A stretch of DNA of 64,000 nucleotides from Candidatus Daviesbacteria bacterium (GCA_016432425.1 CP066688.1:20368-84367), one strand, 5' to 3'; shown: positions 1-8,150, counted from the stretch's first letter. A program made the numbers and translations. Notes: generated by a model from the sequence alone, not told the origin.

Positions 1-135
1 GGAGATTGGCTCTCCACAATTGCTGCCCGGGCTTATAATGGCGATATTATGGCCTACCAAAACTTGGCCCAGGTAAACAATATTTCTAATCCTGATTTAA
101 TTTTGCCCGGCCAAGTTATTAATATCCCTAGATAA
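1..135 (+). CDS. LysM peptidoglycan-binding domain protein, C-terminal end (5' partial)
   Basis: Frame 1 reads GDWLSTIAARAYNGDIMAYQNLAQVNNISNPDLILPGQVINIPR*, matching the LysM pattern GDtLs.IA...N.I.nP.lI.pGQ.l.IP. Confidence 0.85.
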   Translation, partial: GDWLSTIAARAYNGDIMAYQNLAQVNNISNPDLILPGQVINIPR

Positions 136-140
136 TTTTG

Positions 141-212
141 AGCCGGTGGACAGAATCGAACTGTCGATCTTCATTTTACGAAAATGCTGCTTTACCACTA
201 AGCTACACCGGC
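141..212 (-). tRNA. tRNA-Thr(CGT)
   Basis: Cloverleaf GCCGGTG/CACCGGC acceptor, D-arm GCTT-AGTGGTA-AAGC, anticodon loop TTCGTAA, T-arm GACAG-TTCGATT-CTGTC; CCA not encoded. Confidence 0.93.
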
Positions 213-325
213 CAACTACTATATTTTAAACTTTTTCCTGTTTTCATGCCAGAATATTACATATTTCCCAAAAAAAGCTTACTTTTATTTGTTAAAGTGA
301 GCTTCTCAAAGGGGGTGATAAATTA

Positions 326-490
326 ATGAGGGGCAGAAAAGGTGGACGCAAGGGCAAAGACCAGAACCAAAGAAGGTCCCAAACTGAAGACCAATCTCGC
401 CAGGATGAATCTGAACGTGGGTTTTACAGTGAGATTAGCCGTCAAGACAGGCAGAAACCAGAGATGGATCAAGGTTCTGAAATACCATAA
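326..490 (+). CDS. 54-aa hydrophilic protein with KGG-type stress-protein motifs (not in ORF track)
   Basis: MRGRKGGRKGKDQNQRRSQ...ERGFYSEISRQDRQKPEMDQGSEIP*; strong SD GGGGGTGA at 311-318; GRKGG and FYSEI resemble KGG/GsiB-type repeats. Confidence 0.65.
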   Translation: MRGRKGGRKGKDQNQRRSQTEDQSRQDESERGFYSEISRQDRQKPEMDQGSEIP

Positions 491-538
491 ATTAGACCAG
501 CCAATCCCGGGATAGGCTAGAAGGGGGGTGAAAATATA

Positions 539-778
539 ATGCAAAATATTCAAGGGGCTATAGATCATCTTAAAAATCATCAAACTTATCCTGCTACCAA
601 AGAGAATCTTATCCAGGAATGTAATAAACTATCTGATTTCTCGGAAGAGGACAAAAAGGAGTTTATGGATAATCTTCCTGAAGGTAACTACACCTCAGCA
701 GAGGAAGTCATGGAAGCTTTGGGATGGAAGGAGCAGGAGGGGATGCCAAAAAGTCAAGGTACTCAATCTATGGCCTAA
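539..778 (+). CDS. DUF2795/MTH865-like small protein
   Basis: YPATKENLI...LPEGNYTSAEEV pattern; SD GGGGGGTGA just upstream. Confidence 0.7.
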   Translation: MQNIQGAIDHLKNHQTYPATKENLIQECNKLSDFSEEDKKEFMDNLPEGNYTSAEEVMEALGWKEQEGMPKSQGTQSMA

Positions 779-834
779 ACTTACTATCTAATTTTTGATC
801 TCTAATACATTTATTTAGGGCAGGATTTAGTCTA

Positions 835-915
835 ATTTCGAGCTTGCGAGAAATCAAGCTCTGCTTAATACGAAGTATCAAGCTCTGCTTAATACGAAGT
901 ATCAAGCTCTGCTTA
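835..915. repeat. Micro-array: three units of hairpin + CAAGCTCTGCTTA (33, 24, 24 bp)
   Basis: ATTTCGAGCTTGCGAGAAAT-CAAGCTCTGCTTA-ATACGAAGTAT-CAAGCTCTGCTTA-ATACGAAGTAT-CAAGCTCTGCTTA. Confidence 0.9.
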
Positions 916-983
916 TGCTTTAGAACTAAAAAATGTATAAGTATGCATAGTAAATATCGTTTTAGATTTTAGGCTATAGGACA

Positions 984-1012
984 TTGACATTTAGACAACA
1001 CTTTAGTAAAAT
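984..1012 (+). promoter_or_regulatory. sigma70-type promoter
   Basis: TTGACA (984-989), 17-bp spacer, TAAAAT (1007-1012). Confidence 0.75.
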
Positions 1013-1018
1013 TCTTTT

Positions 1019-1072
1019 GCAGTCTGGAAACAGATTGTTATCAACCGCCCGTTGCAAAAGACGGGCTTTTTT
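1019..1072 (+). ncRNA. Putative ~55-nt two-hairpin small RNA
   Basis: Starts ~6 nt after the -10 box; GCAGTCTG-GAAA-CAGATTGT hairpin, then a terminator hairpin; no ORF. Confidence 0.55.
1047..1072 (+). terminator. Intrinsic terminator
   Basis: GCCCGT-TGCAAAAG-ACGGGC followed by TTTTTT. Confidence 0.75.
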
Positions 1073-1221
1073 ATGGCCTCCTTTCAATTAGCTTCCTAAT
1101 CTTCCTTAAATCAATATAAGCATCTGCCCTTTCCTCTGTCTTTTGCCGAAAGCTCCAAATTGGCTGCATCAATAAAAACAGCTACTTTCCCTTTAGTAAG
1201 TTTCTTTAATTCTGCGTTCAC
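1071..1221 (-). pseudogene. Internally deleted NYN-domain (LabA/DUF88, PIN-fold) ribonuclease
   Basis: GTG start gives MNAELKKLTKGKVAVFIDAANLELSAKD (NYN N-terminal VFIDxxN motif); another frame gives ERADAYIDLRKIRKLIERRP* (NYN-like C-terminus); the middle is missing. Confidence 0.7.
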
Positions 1222-1273
1222 TAAATTTATCTTAGCATAAACTTTCTGTTAATTTTTATTGTATAATTTCAAT

Positions 1274-1825
1274 ATGGCAACAGAGCTAAACAAAGAGTTG
1301 GGTAGTCTTATAGATTCTGGTGAATTCGATCCGGAAGTGACAGAAAGGTACCTGCAAAGAATATCGGAAGGTAATTTAACTAGGGATGAAAATCCGTACA
1401 CACACTTTTGTGTATATTTTGCGGCATTTGACCCTCATAAAAAAAGTGTTTTTGTGGGCCACCACAAAAAATCAGGGTTATGGCTTTTTAATGGTGGTCA
1501 CATTGATAGAGGAGAGGGTATTTCTGATGCCTTAGTGAGAGAATCTGGAGAAGAATGGGGCGTAAAAATACCCATAGAAGACGTAAAGAGACCCTTACTT
1601 CTTACAATTACTCAAATTCCAGCTAACCAAAAACAAATATGTAAAACTCACTACGATATTTGGTGTTTTGTACCCAGCGATGAAGATACAGCTAGGTTTA
1701 ATCAGGATTTACTTGCAAAAGAATTTTTTGAAACCAGATGGTTAAGTATTCCAAATGCAAGAAGCCGTATAACTGATCTCAGTACACTTAAAGCTCTGGC
1801 ATTATTAGAACAAAGGCTCAAATAA
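1274..1825 (+). CDS. NUDIX hydrolase
   Basis: Nudix box GGHIDRGEGISDALVRESGEEWG; ATG 1274 follows TATAAT (track start 1259 is TTG). Confidence 0.85.
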   Translation: MATELNKELGSLIDSGEFDPEVTERYLQRISEGNLTRDENPYTHFCVYFAAFDPHKKSVFVGHHKKSGLWLFNGGHIDRGEGISDALVRESGEEWGVKIPIEDVKRPLLLTITQIPANQKQICKTHYDIWCFVPSDEDTARFNQDLLAKEFFETRWLSIPNARSRITDLSTLKALALLEQRLK

Positions 1826-1908
1826 AAGAAACTCTATCCCACTGCTTCCTCGCTTACTAACGCCTATGGTTGTTTCACTACAGAATATAAGTGATGTGAT
1901 GAATTAAG

Positions 1909-2105
1909 ATGCTACCTTTAGATGAAATAAGAAAGTATTATCCTAATGCATCGGAAGATAAGTTAAAAGATATACAGGAAGTTGTTTACTTATTGGCTTG
2001 TGCAGTTATGCAAGAATTTTATGGGCCGCCTTTGGCGAGCCTCGCTCATTGAGCGGGTCAAAGTGGATGGGAAATTTTGAAGAGTCTGGTCAAGAGGAGA
2101 AATAG
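1909..2105 (+). pseudogene. Small hypothetical ORF apparently broken by a 32-bp double-hairpin insert
   Basis: MLPLDEIRKYYPNASEDKLKDIQEVVYLLACAVMQEFYG, then GC-rich hairpins with TGA at 2050; removing 2026-2057 restores ...YGSKWMGNFEESGQEEK*. Confidence 0.4.
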
Positions 2106-2216
2106 CGAGCTGAAAGCTAGTTCGACTCTCGTTAGGGTGTAAGATTATAAGCCCAAACTTTAACGAATTTTAGTAACATTCCGAAGCTAAAATTTGTCAG
2201 TTCGATTAAATTCCTA

Positions 2217-2239
2217 TGTCCTTCGACTTCGCTCAGGAT
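2217..2239. repeat. REP-like imperfect palindrome TCCTTCGACTTCGCTCAGGA
   Basis: Bulged hairpin similar to the reverse complement of the hairpin at 52640-52659. Confidence 0.5.
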
Positions 2240-2385
2240 TATAAGAGCACCGGATGCAAATTATTTTGAACCCCTACCTGAATATGTCATAATCGAGTTT
2301 AACAGAATCAGAAAAGCACTACAAGCTTTAGAGGAGGGATAATTACCTACAATTCTTTCTTACATTCTGATAAAATTGACGGGAA

Positions 2386-3042
2386 ATGAAAATTATTAAT
2401 ACTTCCACCAAGGATAGGATGTATACGGCCTGGCTCAAAAGTGAGTTTTACAGAATGAAGGACACTTTGAGTCAGGAGCAAATAGGCCTTATTGAGACAC
2501 CAAATTTCAATGATCAAGCAGAAAATGAGCAAAGGGAAAATTTGATTTTGAACATATATGGCAGGAGTCCAATAATGGATCATGTTCCGACAGCCATTAC
2601 TTGGTATGAGGTTGAAATTGAAGAAAAAGATTTAGAAAATTTATACCTACTGGCTATATGGGATTGGTTTATCGATACAGGAAGAACATTTAAGCTCTCA
2701 GGAGTTTCGAAAAATTTGTCTAGCGGACACGGACACCGTATTTCTAATTTTCCTCCGGGGGCTGCAGATCACAAGATAAAAATAGATGAAATGTTAAAAG
2801 TTATGAATGACAACGTTCAAGATATTGTAATGATTAGTTCTTCTAAAGATGGACCATTTACAATTATTGATGGTACTCATCGTTCCAGCTTACTAACTAT
2901 TAAAGGTGGTCTACCAGGAACTAAAGCATATTTGGGCGTAGCATCAGACTTATCTAAATGTGTTTGGGCACCTGAATGGGAGAACTATGAACAGAATCTG
3001 GCTGAGCTAAATCGAATAGTAAATGAAGGATACTTATGGTGA
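2386..3042 (+). CDS. Hypothetical protein with ParB/Srx-like motif
   Basis: 218-aa ORF; FTIIDGTHRS matches the ParB/Sulfiredoxin DGxHR motif. Confidence 0.6.
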   Translation: MKIINTSTKDRMYTAWLKSEFYRMKDTLSQEQIGLIETPNFNDQAENEQRENLILNIYGRSPIMDHVPTAITWYEVEIEEKDLENLYLLAIWDWFIDTGRTFKLSGVSKNLSSGHGHRISNFPPGAADHKIKIDEMLKVMNDNVQDIVMISSSKDGPFTIIDGTHRSSLLTIKGGLPGTKAYLGVASDLSKCVWAPEWENYEQNLAELNRIVNEGYLW

Positions 3043-3848
3043 GTGAAAGTATAATAGCATCAAGTTCTGCTACGATAAATCAAACGTTACCTACGGTGGT
3101 AAATGGCTTAACAGGTTTGGGTGCAATGGTAGCCGCAGCCTTTTTCGGTGGATTATTTGCCGGAATTTGGACGAATTACTTTGAGACTAAAAGGAGAATC
3201 CATGACAAGCGACACGATAGGTATTACGAACATAGGAATACTATTGTTCAATTCGAGCAAGAGTTAATTCCCCTCAGGGTAAACATCTCTCGAGATATAA
3301 CTTCAATAGCTGATGCCATAAAAAACACTAATGAACTGAATATTCGATTTATATTGAGATTCTACAAATTATTTTTAAGCACAGGTTTGGGGTTAAAACT
3401 CTTAAATTTAGACTTAATCAATAAATATGCAGAACTTTATTCAGCTATTGAGAGTTTAAATTCAGATATTGACTACGTTTCTGGAATGATATCATCAGTC
3501 ATAGAAGATCAAAAAGAGGACAAGATTGATCCCTCTAAAATTGAAGCTTATAAAGTATTCTTGCCTCAATTACAAGACGCATGCGAGCAAATTGACCAGA
3601 AATCATTAGAGCTTTTGGCTACGAGTAAGTTAACAATAGGTAAAGAGGATAAAAGAATAAGAGATAAATATATTGATGATGGTAAGGAAATAAGATACTC
3701 ACTTACCAAAGAAGCACTGGCTAAAAAGTACAAAGGTATTAAAAAAGAGGAGGATGGTTCTCTACATAAAGGTGAGAAACAACCTAAGTTCGTTTCTCCA
3801 TTTCTAGATTTAAAGAAAGTGCTTATTACAACAACTCCCGTAGTGTAA
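3036..3848 (+). CDS. Hypothetical single-pass membrane protein
   Basis: 270-aa ORF, N-terminal hydrophobic helix (GLGAMVAAAFFGGLFAGIW), helical body; overlaps the upstream stop. Confidence 0.65.
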   Translation: MVSESIIASSSATINQTLPTVVNGLTGLGAMVAAAFFGGLFAGIWTNYFETKRRIHDKRHDRYYEHRNTIVQFEQELIPLRVNISRDITSIADAIKNTNELNIRFILRFYKLFLSTGLGLKLLNLDLINKYAELYSAIESLNSDIDYVSGMISSVIEDQKEDKIDPSKIEAYKVFLPQLQDACEQIDQKSLELLATSKLTIGKEDKRIRDKYIDDGKEIRYSLTKEALAKKYKGIKKEEDGSLHKGEKQPKFVSPFLDLKKVLITTTPVV

Positions 3849-3978
3849 AAAGACTAAAGGAAGAGACGGGATTTGAACTCAAAGGAAGCTGGTTCAATGT
3901 AAAAATGTTGAGTGGCGGACGGGGTGCTAAACAAAATATGAATTATTTGTGCCTACAATGTAAAAAATTTCTATTTAG

Positions 3979-4049
3979 AGCGGGATACGGGAGTCGAACC
4001 CGTCTCTCTACCTTGGGAAGGTAGTGTTGAACCGCTCAACTAATCCCGC
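3979..4049 (-). tRNA. tRNA-Gly(CCC)
   Basis: GCGGGAT/ATCCCGC acceptor, anticodon arm CTACC-TTCCCAA-GGTAG, T-arm ACGGG-TTCGACT-CCCGT. Confidence 0.93.
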
Positions 4050-4091
4050 GTTTCTTTCAATTTTACCCCAATTTGTGGTAAATTTTAAGGG

Positions 4092-4817
4092 ATGAGTTAC
4101 CGATCCAGAATACGTTCCCACTCTACCCGCCGTTCTAAGCAAAATTTTTTTGCCACCATTATTATTGCTTTACTGCTACTTTTTATTAGTATTAACTGGA
4201 TACTGCCAGCTTTAGTTTCAGTCATGGGGAAAATCCGCAATCTTGGGAATCAGACCAGCAAAATCTCTTCCCAAGTAGCTGATAACCCCACTTTGGCTCC
4301 CCCAGTTTTTATTATTCCTTATCAGGCCACCAATTCTGCCCAAATAGACATTAAAGGCTACGCCACCACTAACTCTAAGGTAGAACTTTATTTGGATGAG
4401 GAGTTAAAAGACACTGTGGCTGTAAACGAAGATGGTACTTTTGTCTTCCAAAATATTTCTTTAAATTTGGGTCTTAATAATATTTATGGTAAAACCCTGG
4501 ATGAAAAAGACCAAGCTAGTTTGCCTTCTAAAAACATCCAGCTAATTTATGATAATACCAAACCTTCACTGCAAGTAAATGAGCCGGAAGACGGCAAGAC
4601 AGTTACGGGCGGGGAGAAAAATATTAAAATATCCGGCAAAACTAATCCTGATGCACAAGTTACTGTCAATGAAGTTACCGTAATTGTAGACAAAGAAGGT
4701 AATTTTTCCACTAGTCAAGCCTTAAATGAGGGTGATAATAATTTTACTATTAGGGCTGGCGATGCGGCCGGAAATTACGCTGAGGTAGTAAGGCGGGTAA
4801 GTTACAAATCTTCATGA
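4092..4817 (+). CDS. Membrane-anchored protein with two bacterial Ig-like domains
   Basis: N-terminal TM; DGTFVF, DNTKPSLQVNEPEDG and GDNNFTIRAGDAAGN beta-sandwich motifs. Confidence 0.75.
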   Translation: MSYRSRIRSHSTRRSKQNFFATIIIALLLLFISINWILPALVSVMGKIRNLGNQTSKISSQVADNPTLAPPVFIIPYQATNSAQIDIKGYATTNSKVELYLDEELKDTVAVNEDGTFVFQNISLNLGLNNIYGKTLDEKDQASLPSKNIQLIYDNTKPSLQVNEPEDGKTVTGGEKNIKISGKTNPDAQVTVNEVTVIVDKEGNFSTSQALNEGDNNFTIRAGDAAGNYAEVVRRVSYKSS

Positions 4818-6013
4818 GTATTTTAAGTTGGGTATTGGTGGTAGCTATTTGTGCGGGGCAACTGATTAAAATCTCTTTTGGTGAGGGAGGGATTACTATT
4901 TTAGATCTGACAGTGGGATTTTTAGCAATTATTAATTTCTTTAGCTGGATAACTTCTGTCAAAACTTTTAAAATAAATTTAATCAATTTCTCTACTATGG
5001 GTTTTATCATTGCAGCAGTAGTTTCCTTAATCCTGTCACCCATTCACTTAACTGCCAATGAAAAACTGATTGCTGCCTCCTATATTGTCCGGTTAGGAGC
5101 CTTTTTCTCATTGCTGTGGTTTCCGAGTAAATTATTATCCCCTTTACAAAAGGATAGTACAAAAATTTTACTCTTTTCCGGGGTTATCATAGCTGTTTTG
5201 GGGATAGCGCAACTAACCTTTTTTCCGGATTTACAATTTTTAGCTGCTGCAAATTTTGACCCTCATTATTTACGGACCGTTTCGACCTTTTTAGACCCTA
5301 ATTTTACCGGGGCTTTCCTAAGTTTAACAGCCATAATTTTGTGGCCTAAATTATTTACTAAAGATACTTTTAAATCAAATGTGTGGATTTTTATCCTAAT
5401 TTATATTACCCTGTTAACCACTTTTTCCAGAGGAGGATATTTAAGCTTAGTTAGTGGCTTATTAATTATTTCCTTAATTAATAAATCCTTTAAACAAGTT
5501 CTCTTAACCATAGTTTTAGGCGCTATTTTACTTTTTTCTTTTCAACAGTATACTTTACAGGTAGCAGCTCCCAGAAAGATTGACCGGGCCCAGTCAGCAG
5601 CTGCCCGCTTGGATACTTGGCAGCAAGGTTGGAATTTATTTCAAAGATATCCCATTTTGGGGGTAGGGTTTAACGCTTATCGTTATGCCTTGAAACAACT
5701 TAATTTGGCTGATGAACAGTTTTTAAGCAAAAAAGGTGCCTCTACTAATGATTCAAGTTTACTGTATGTGGCCGCTACTACCGGAATAATCGGGCTGGGA
5801 TTTTATTTAAGCTTCTTGGGAGGAATTTTAAAACTAGGCTGGTATAAAATATCACACCTCGGGGGTATGATATTAATTGGAGGTTTAATAGCCCTGCTTT
5901 CTCAAGGCTTTTTCGCCAACACCCTCTTTTATCCATTCCTCCTAATCTGGATAATACTAATAATTTATTCTGTGGGCACTGAGGGACTTGAACCCCCGAC
6001 ATCTGCAATGTGA
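4814..6013 (+). CDS. O-antigen ligase/Wzy_C-family membrane protein
   Basis: Polytopic; RTVSTFLDPNFTG, LLTTFSRGG, PILGVGFNAY motifs; 3' end overlaps tRNA-Val antisense. Confidence 0.8.
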   Translation: MSILSWVLVVAICAGQLIKISFGEGGITILDLTVGFLAIINFFSWITSVKTFKINLINFSTMGFIIAAVVSLILSPIHLTANEKLIAASYIVRLGAFFSLLWFPSKLLSPLQKDSTKILLFSGVIIAVLGIAQLTFFPDLQFLAAANFDPHYLRTVSTFLDPNFTGAFLSLTAIILWPKLFTKDTFKSNVWIFILIYITLLTTFSRGGYLSLVSGLLIISLINKSFKQVLLTIVLGAILLFSFQQYTLQVAAPRKIDRAQSAAARLDTWQQGWNLFQRYPILGVGFNAYRYALKQLNLADEQFLSKKGASTNDSSLLYVAATTGIIGLGFYLSFLGGILKLGWYKISHLGGMILIGGLIALLSQGFFANTLFYPFLLIWIILIIYSVGTEGLEPPTSAM

Positions 6014-6044
6014 ATGCAGCGCTCTACCACTGAGCTAAGTGCCC
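5973..6044 (-). tRNA. tRNA-Val(CAC)
   Basis: GGGCACT/AGTGCCC acceptor, anticodon arm CTGCA-TTCACAT-TGCAG, T-loop TTCAAGT. Confidence 0.93.
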
Positions 6045-6125
6045 GCATCAAACGGAATTTTAGTAAACACATTTTAACATTACGACTATTGCATCTCAAC
6101 CTGAAACTTTGCGATAATTTAGGTT

Positions 6126-6716
6126 ATGGATCCTAGTTCTTATAATCCCTCTGCTCAGGATGACCGAGGTTTTTGGGGGAGTTTAGGCGCCCATTTTATT
6201 GACCTTTTTGAAACTTTTGTCATTATTGGGGCAATTTTCCTCCTTTTCTACCAATTTGTAGGCCAGCCACATCGGGTTTCCGGTAACTCCATGGTGCCTA
6301 CTTATTTAGATGGAGATTTTATTCTAACTGATAAATTAACCTATCGTTTTAACCACCCCCAAAGAGGAGAGGTGGTGATTTTAAAAAATCCCCGGGATGA
6401 GTCAATAGATTTTATTAAAAGGGTCATTGCTTTGCCGGGAGACAGTATCCAAATTCTGGGAGGCTCTGTTTATCTTAACGAGAAGTTGCTTATTGAACCT
6501 TATTTACCGGCTGACACAGTTACCCAGAGCGGCAATTTCCTGCGTGAAGGAGAGACAGTTACTGTAGGGTCCAATCAATACTTTGTCTTTGGTGACAACA
6601 GAGCCCATTCTTCTGATTCCAGAGAGTGGGGGCCAGCGACTAAAGAAGAAATTATCGGCCGGGCTTTTTTGCGTTATTTTCCCCCTCAGAGGGTAAGGCC
6701 GTTAGTCGGACTTTAG
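6126..6716 (+). CDS. lepB: Signal peptidase I
   Basis: SGNSMVPT (catalytic Ser), FIKRVIALPGD (Lys), GDNRAHSSDSR. Confidence 0.95.
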   Translation: MDPSSYNPSAQDDRGFWGSLGAHFIDLFETFVIIGAIFLLFYQFVGQPHRVSGNSMVPTYLDGDFILTDKLTYRFNHPQRGEVVILKNPRDESIDFIKRVIALPGDSIQILGGSVYLNEKLLIEPYLPADTVTQSGNFLREGETVTVGSNQYFVFGDNRAHSSDSREWGPATKEEIIGRAFLRYFPPQRVRPLVGL

Positions 6717-7565
6717 ATTAAAATAACCGGTGATCGCTTGATGAATATCCTCTAAGATTGGTGTTGTTTGAGAAGGATCTCCTTCTATCACCATATCAAT
6801 TTTGACTCTTTTAGCAGTTTGAGAACATTTAACTTGTGAATTTTTTAACCGGGTAGAAAAAAGCGTGGTTAGATCATCTTGCAATCTATCAACTTCATCA
6901 GAAAGAATATGCATGCTCTCAATCACTGCGCTTTTGCGGGGATTAATGCCTGCTTTAGCCCGGAAACGGCGCACCAGTTCTTCTGTTCCCCTAACAGATA
7001 AATTCCTTTTCAAAACTTCTTTATAAGCTTCAATAATTAAATGAGGGTCTTCTAAGGCTGCTAGCGCTCTGGCATGGCCTTCAGTGGTTTGCCCTGACAT
7101 CAAAGCATCTTTAAGGGCATCAGGTAAAGTTAAGAGCCTAATGGTATTAGAAATATAGGCCGGGCTTTTGCCCACCCTAGTGGCAATTTCATTATTAGTT
7201 AAGGCAAACTCATCCATCAAACGTTTATAAGCTTGGGCCCGCTCCAGAGGATTTAAATCCATCCGCTGCACGTTTTCCACAATAGCCATTTCCAACATTC
7301 CCCGCGGATTGGTCTCCCGGATAATTACCGGCACTTTAGATAACCCTACCAGTTTAGCTGCCCGCCAACGCCGCTCGCCTGCCACAATTTGAAATCCAGC
7401 CGGAGTTTTGGCCACTACTAGAGGTTCCAAAATACCATGCTCTTTAATTGAATCTGCCAACTCCGCCAGGGAATCCGGAGTAATTAAACCACGAGGCTGC
7501 AGGGGATTAGGCTGAAGTAAATTAATATCCAGTTCGTTAATTTGTTCGTTTTGTTGATCGTCCAT
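6702..7565 (-). CDS. parB: ParB/Spo0J chromosome partitioning protein
   Basis: PNPLQPR, GILEPLVV, IVAGERRWRA, ENVQRMDLNPLE, HTH, GHARAL. Confidence 0.95.
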   Translation of the reverse strand: MDDQQNEQINELDINLLQPNPLQPRGLITPDSLAELADSIKEHGILEPLVVAKTPAGFQIVAGERRWRAAKLVGLSKVPVIIRETNPRGMLEMAIVENVQRMDLNPLERAQAYKRLMDEFALTNNEIATRVGKSPAYISNTIRLLTLPDALKDALMSGQTTEGHARALAALEDPHLIIEAYKEVLKRNLSVRGTEELVRRFRAKAGINPRKSAVIESMHILSDEVDRLQDDLTTLFSTRLKNSQVKCSQTAKRVKIDMVIEGDPSQTTPILEDIHQAITGYFNLKSD

Positions 7566-7810
7566 TATATAACGCTTACTGTTAGCCTACCGATTCTTTT
7601 TTTAAAAACAACACTACCAGCAGTAGTGGCAAAAATAGTGAAATCATTACCTTGACGGGTACCTATCCCTGGAAAAACTTTATTACCTTTTTGTCTGATG
7701 ATAATATTGCCTGATTTAACTGCTTGCCCACCAAAAACTTTCACGCCTAAACGTTTAGATTTTGAATCTCTATTAGTTCTGGTTGTACCTCCACCTTTTT
7801 TATGTGCCAT
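7565..7810 (-). CDS. rpmA: 50S ribosomal protein L27
   Basis: [24 protein letters not shown]...IIIRQKG. Confidence 0.97.
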   Translation of the reverse strand: MAHKKGGGTTRTNRDSKSKRLGVKVFGGQAVKSGNIIIRQKGNKVFPGIGTRQGNDFTIFATTAGSVVFKKRIGRLTVSVI

Positions 7811-7818
7811 ACCGCAAC

Positions 7819-7847
7819 ATTTTAATCGCTGTGAAAAATTTAGTCAA
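7819..7847 (-). promoter_or_regulatory. Promoter for rpmA-parB
   Basis: TTGACT, 17 bp, TAAAAT, ending 8 nt before the ATG. Confidence 0.6.
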
Positions 7848-7856
7848 GAATTATTT

Positions 7857-8150
7857 TCACGGAACTAGTTCAACCAAGGTTTTGCGTGGTCTAATACCGG
7901 TAACCCGACGATAATTTGCCTTGGCATGGAATTTAGCCACTCTAATTTTAGGAAGTTTCCGCTCCTCGACTACTTTTAATTCTAATTTGCTATCTAAATA
8001 AGGCTTGCCAACTTTAACTTTACCATCCTCGCTCAGCATGAGCACTTTTACCTCTGGTTGTTTCTCGCCTAGTAAATCTACTAAAAATTTTTGCCCCGGG
8101 GCAACTATATATTGTTTACCTTTAATTTCCAATACTACAAAGTTAGTCAT
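7857..8150 (-). CDS. rplU: 50S ribosomal protein L21
   Basis: IKGKQYIV, VGKPYL, KFHAKANYRRVTG; adjacent to rpmA. Confidence 0.93.
   Translation of the reverse strand: MTNFVVLEIKGKQYIVAPGQKFLVDLLGEKQPEVKVLMLSEDGKVKVGKPYLDSKLELKVVEERKLPKIRVAKFHAKANYRRVTGIRPRKTLVELVP

Noticed and set aside
138-326. 62-aa ORF
   Set aside because: Antisense reading of tRNA-Thr with a TTG start.
323-583. 86-aa minus-strand ORF
   Set aside because: Shadow of the SD-led plus-strand ORFs at 326 and 539.
835-915. CRISPR array
   Set aside because: The repeat is only 13 bp, the spacers are 11-20 bp hairpins (two identical), and there are no cas genes. Reported as a different repeat type.
6773-6786. GAAGG-ATCT-CCTTC hairpin in parB as an ATGA-element copy
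   Set aside because: 4-nt loop, no ATGA boundaries and no second hairpin; plausibly chance.
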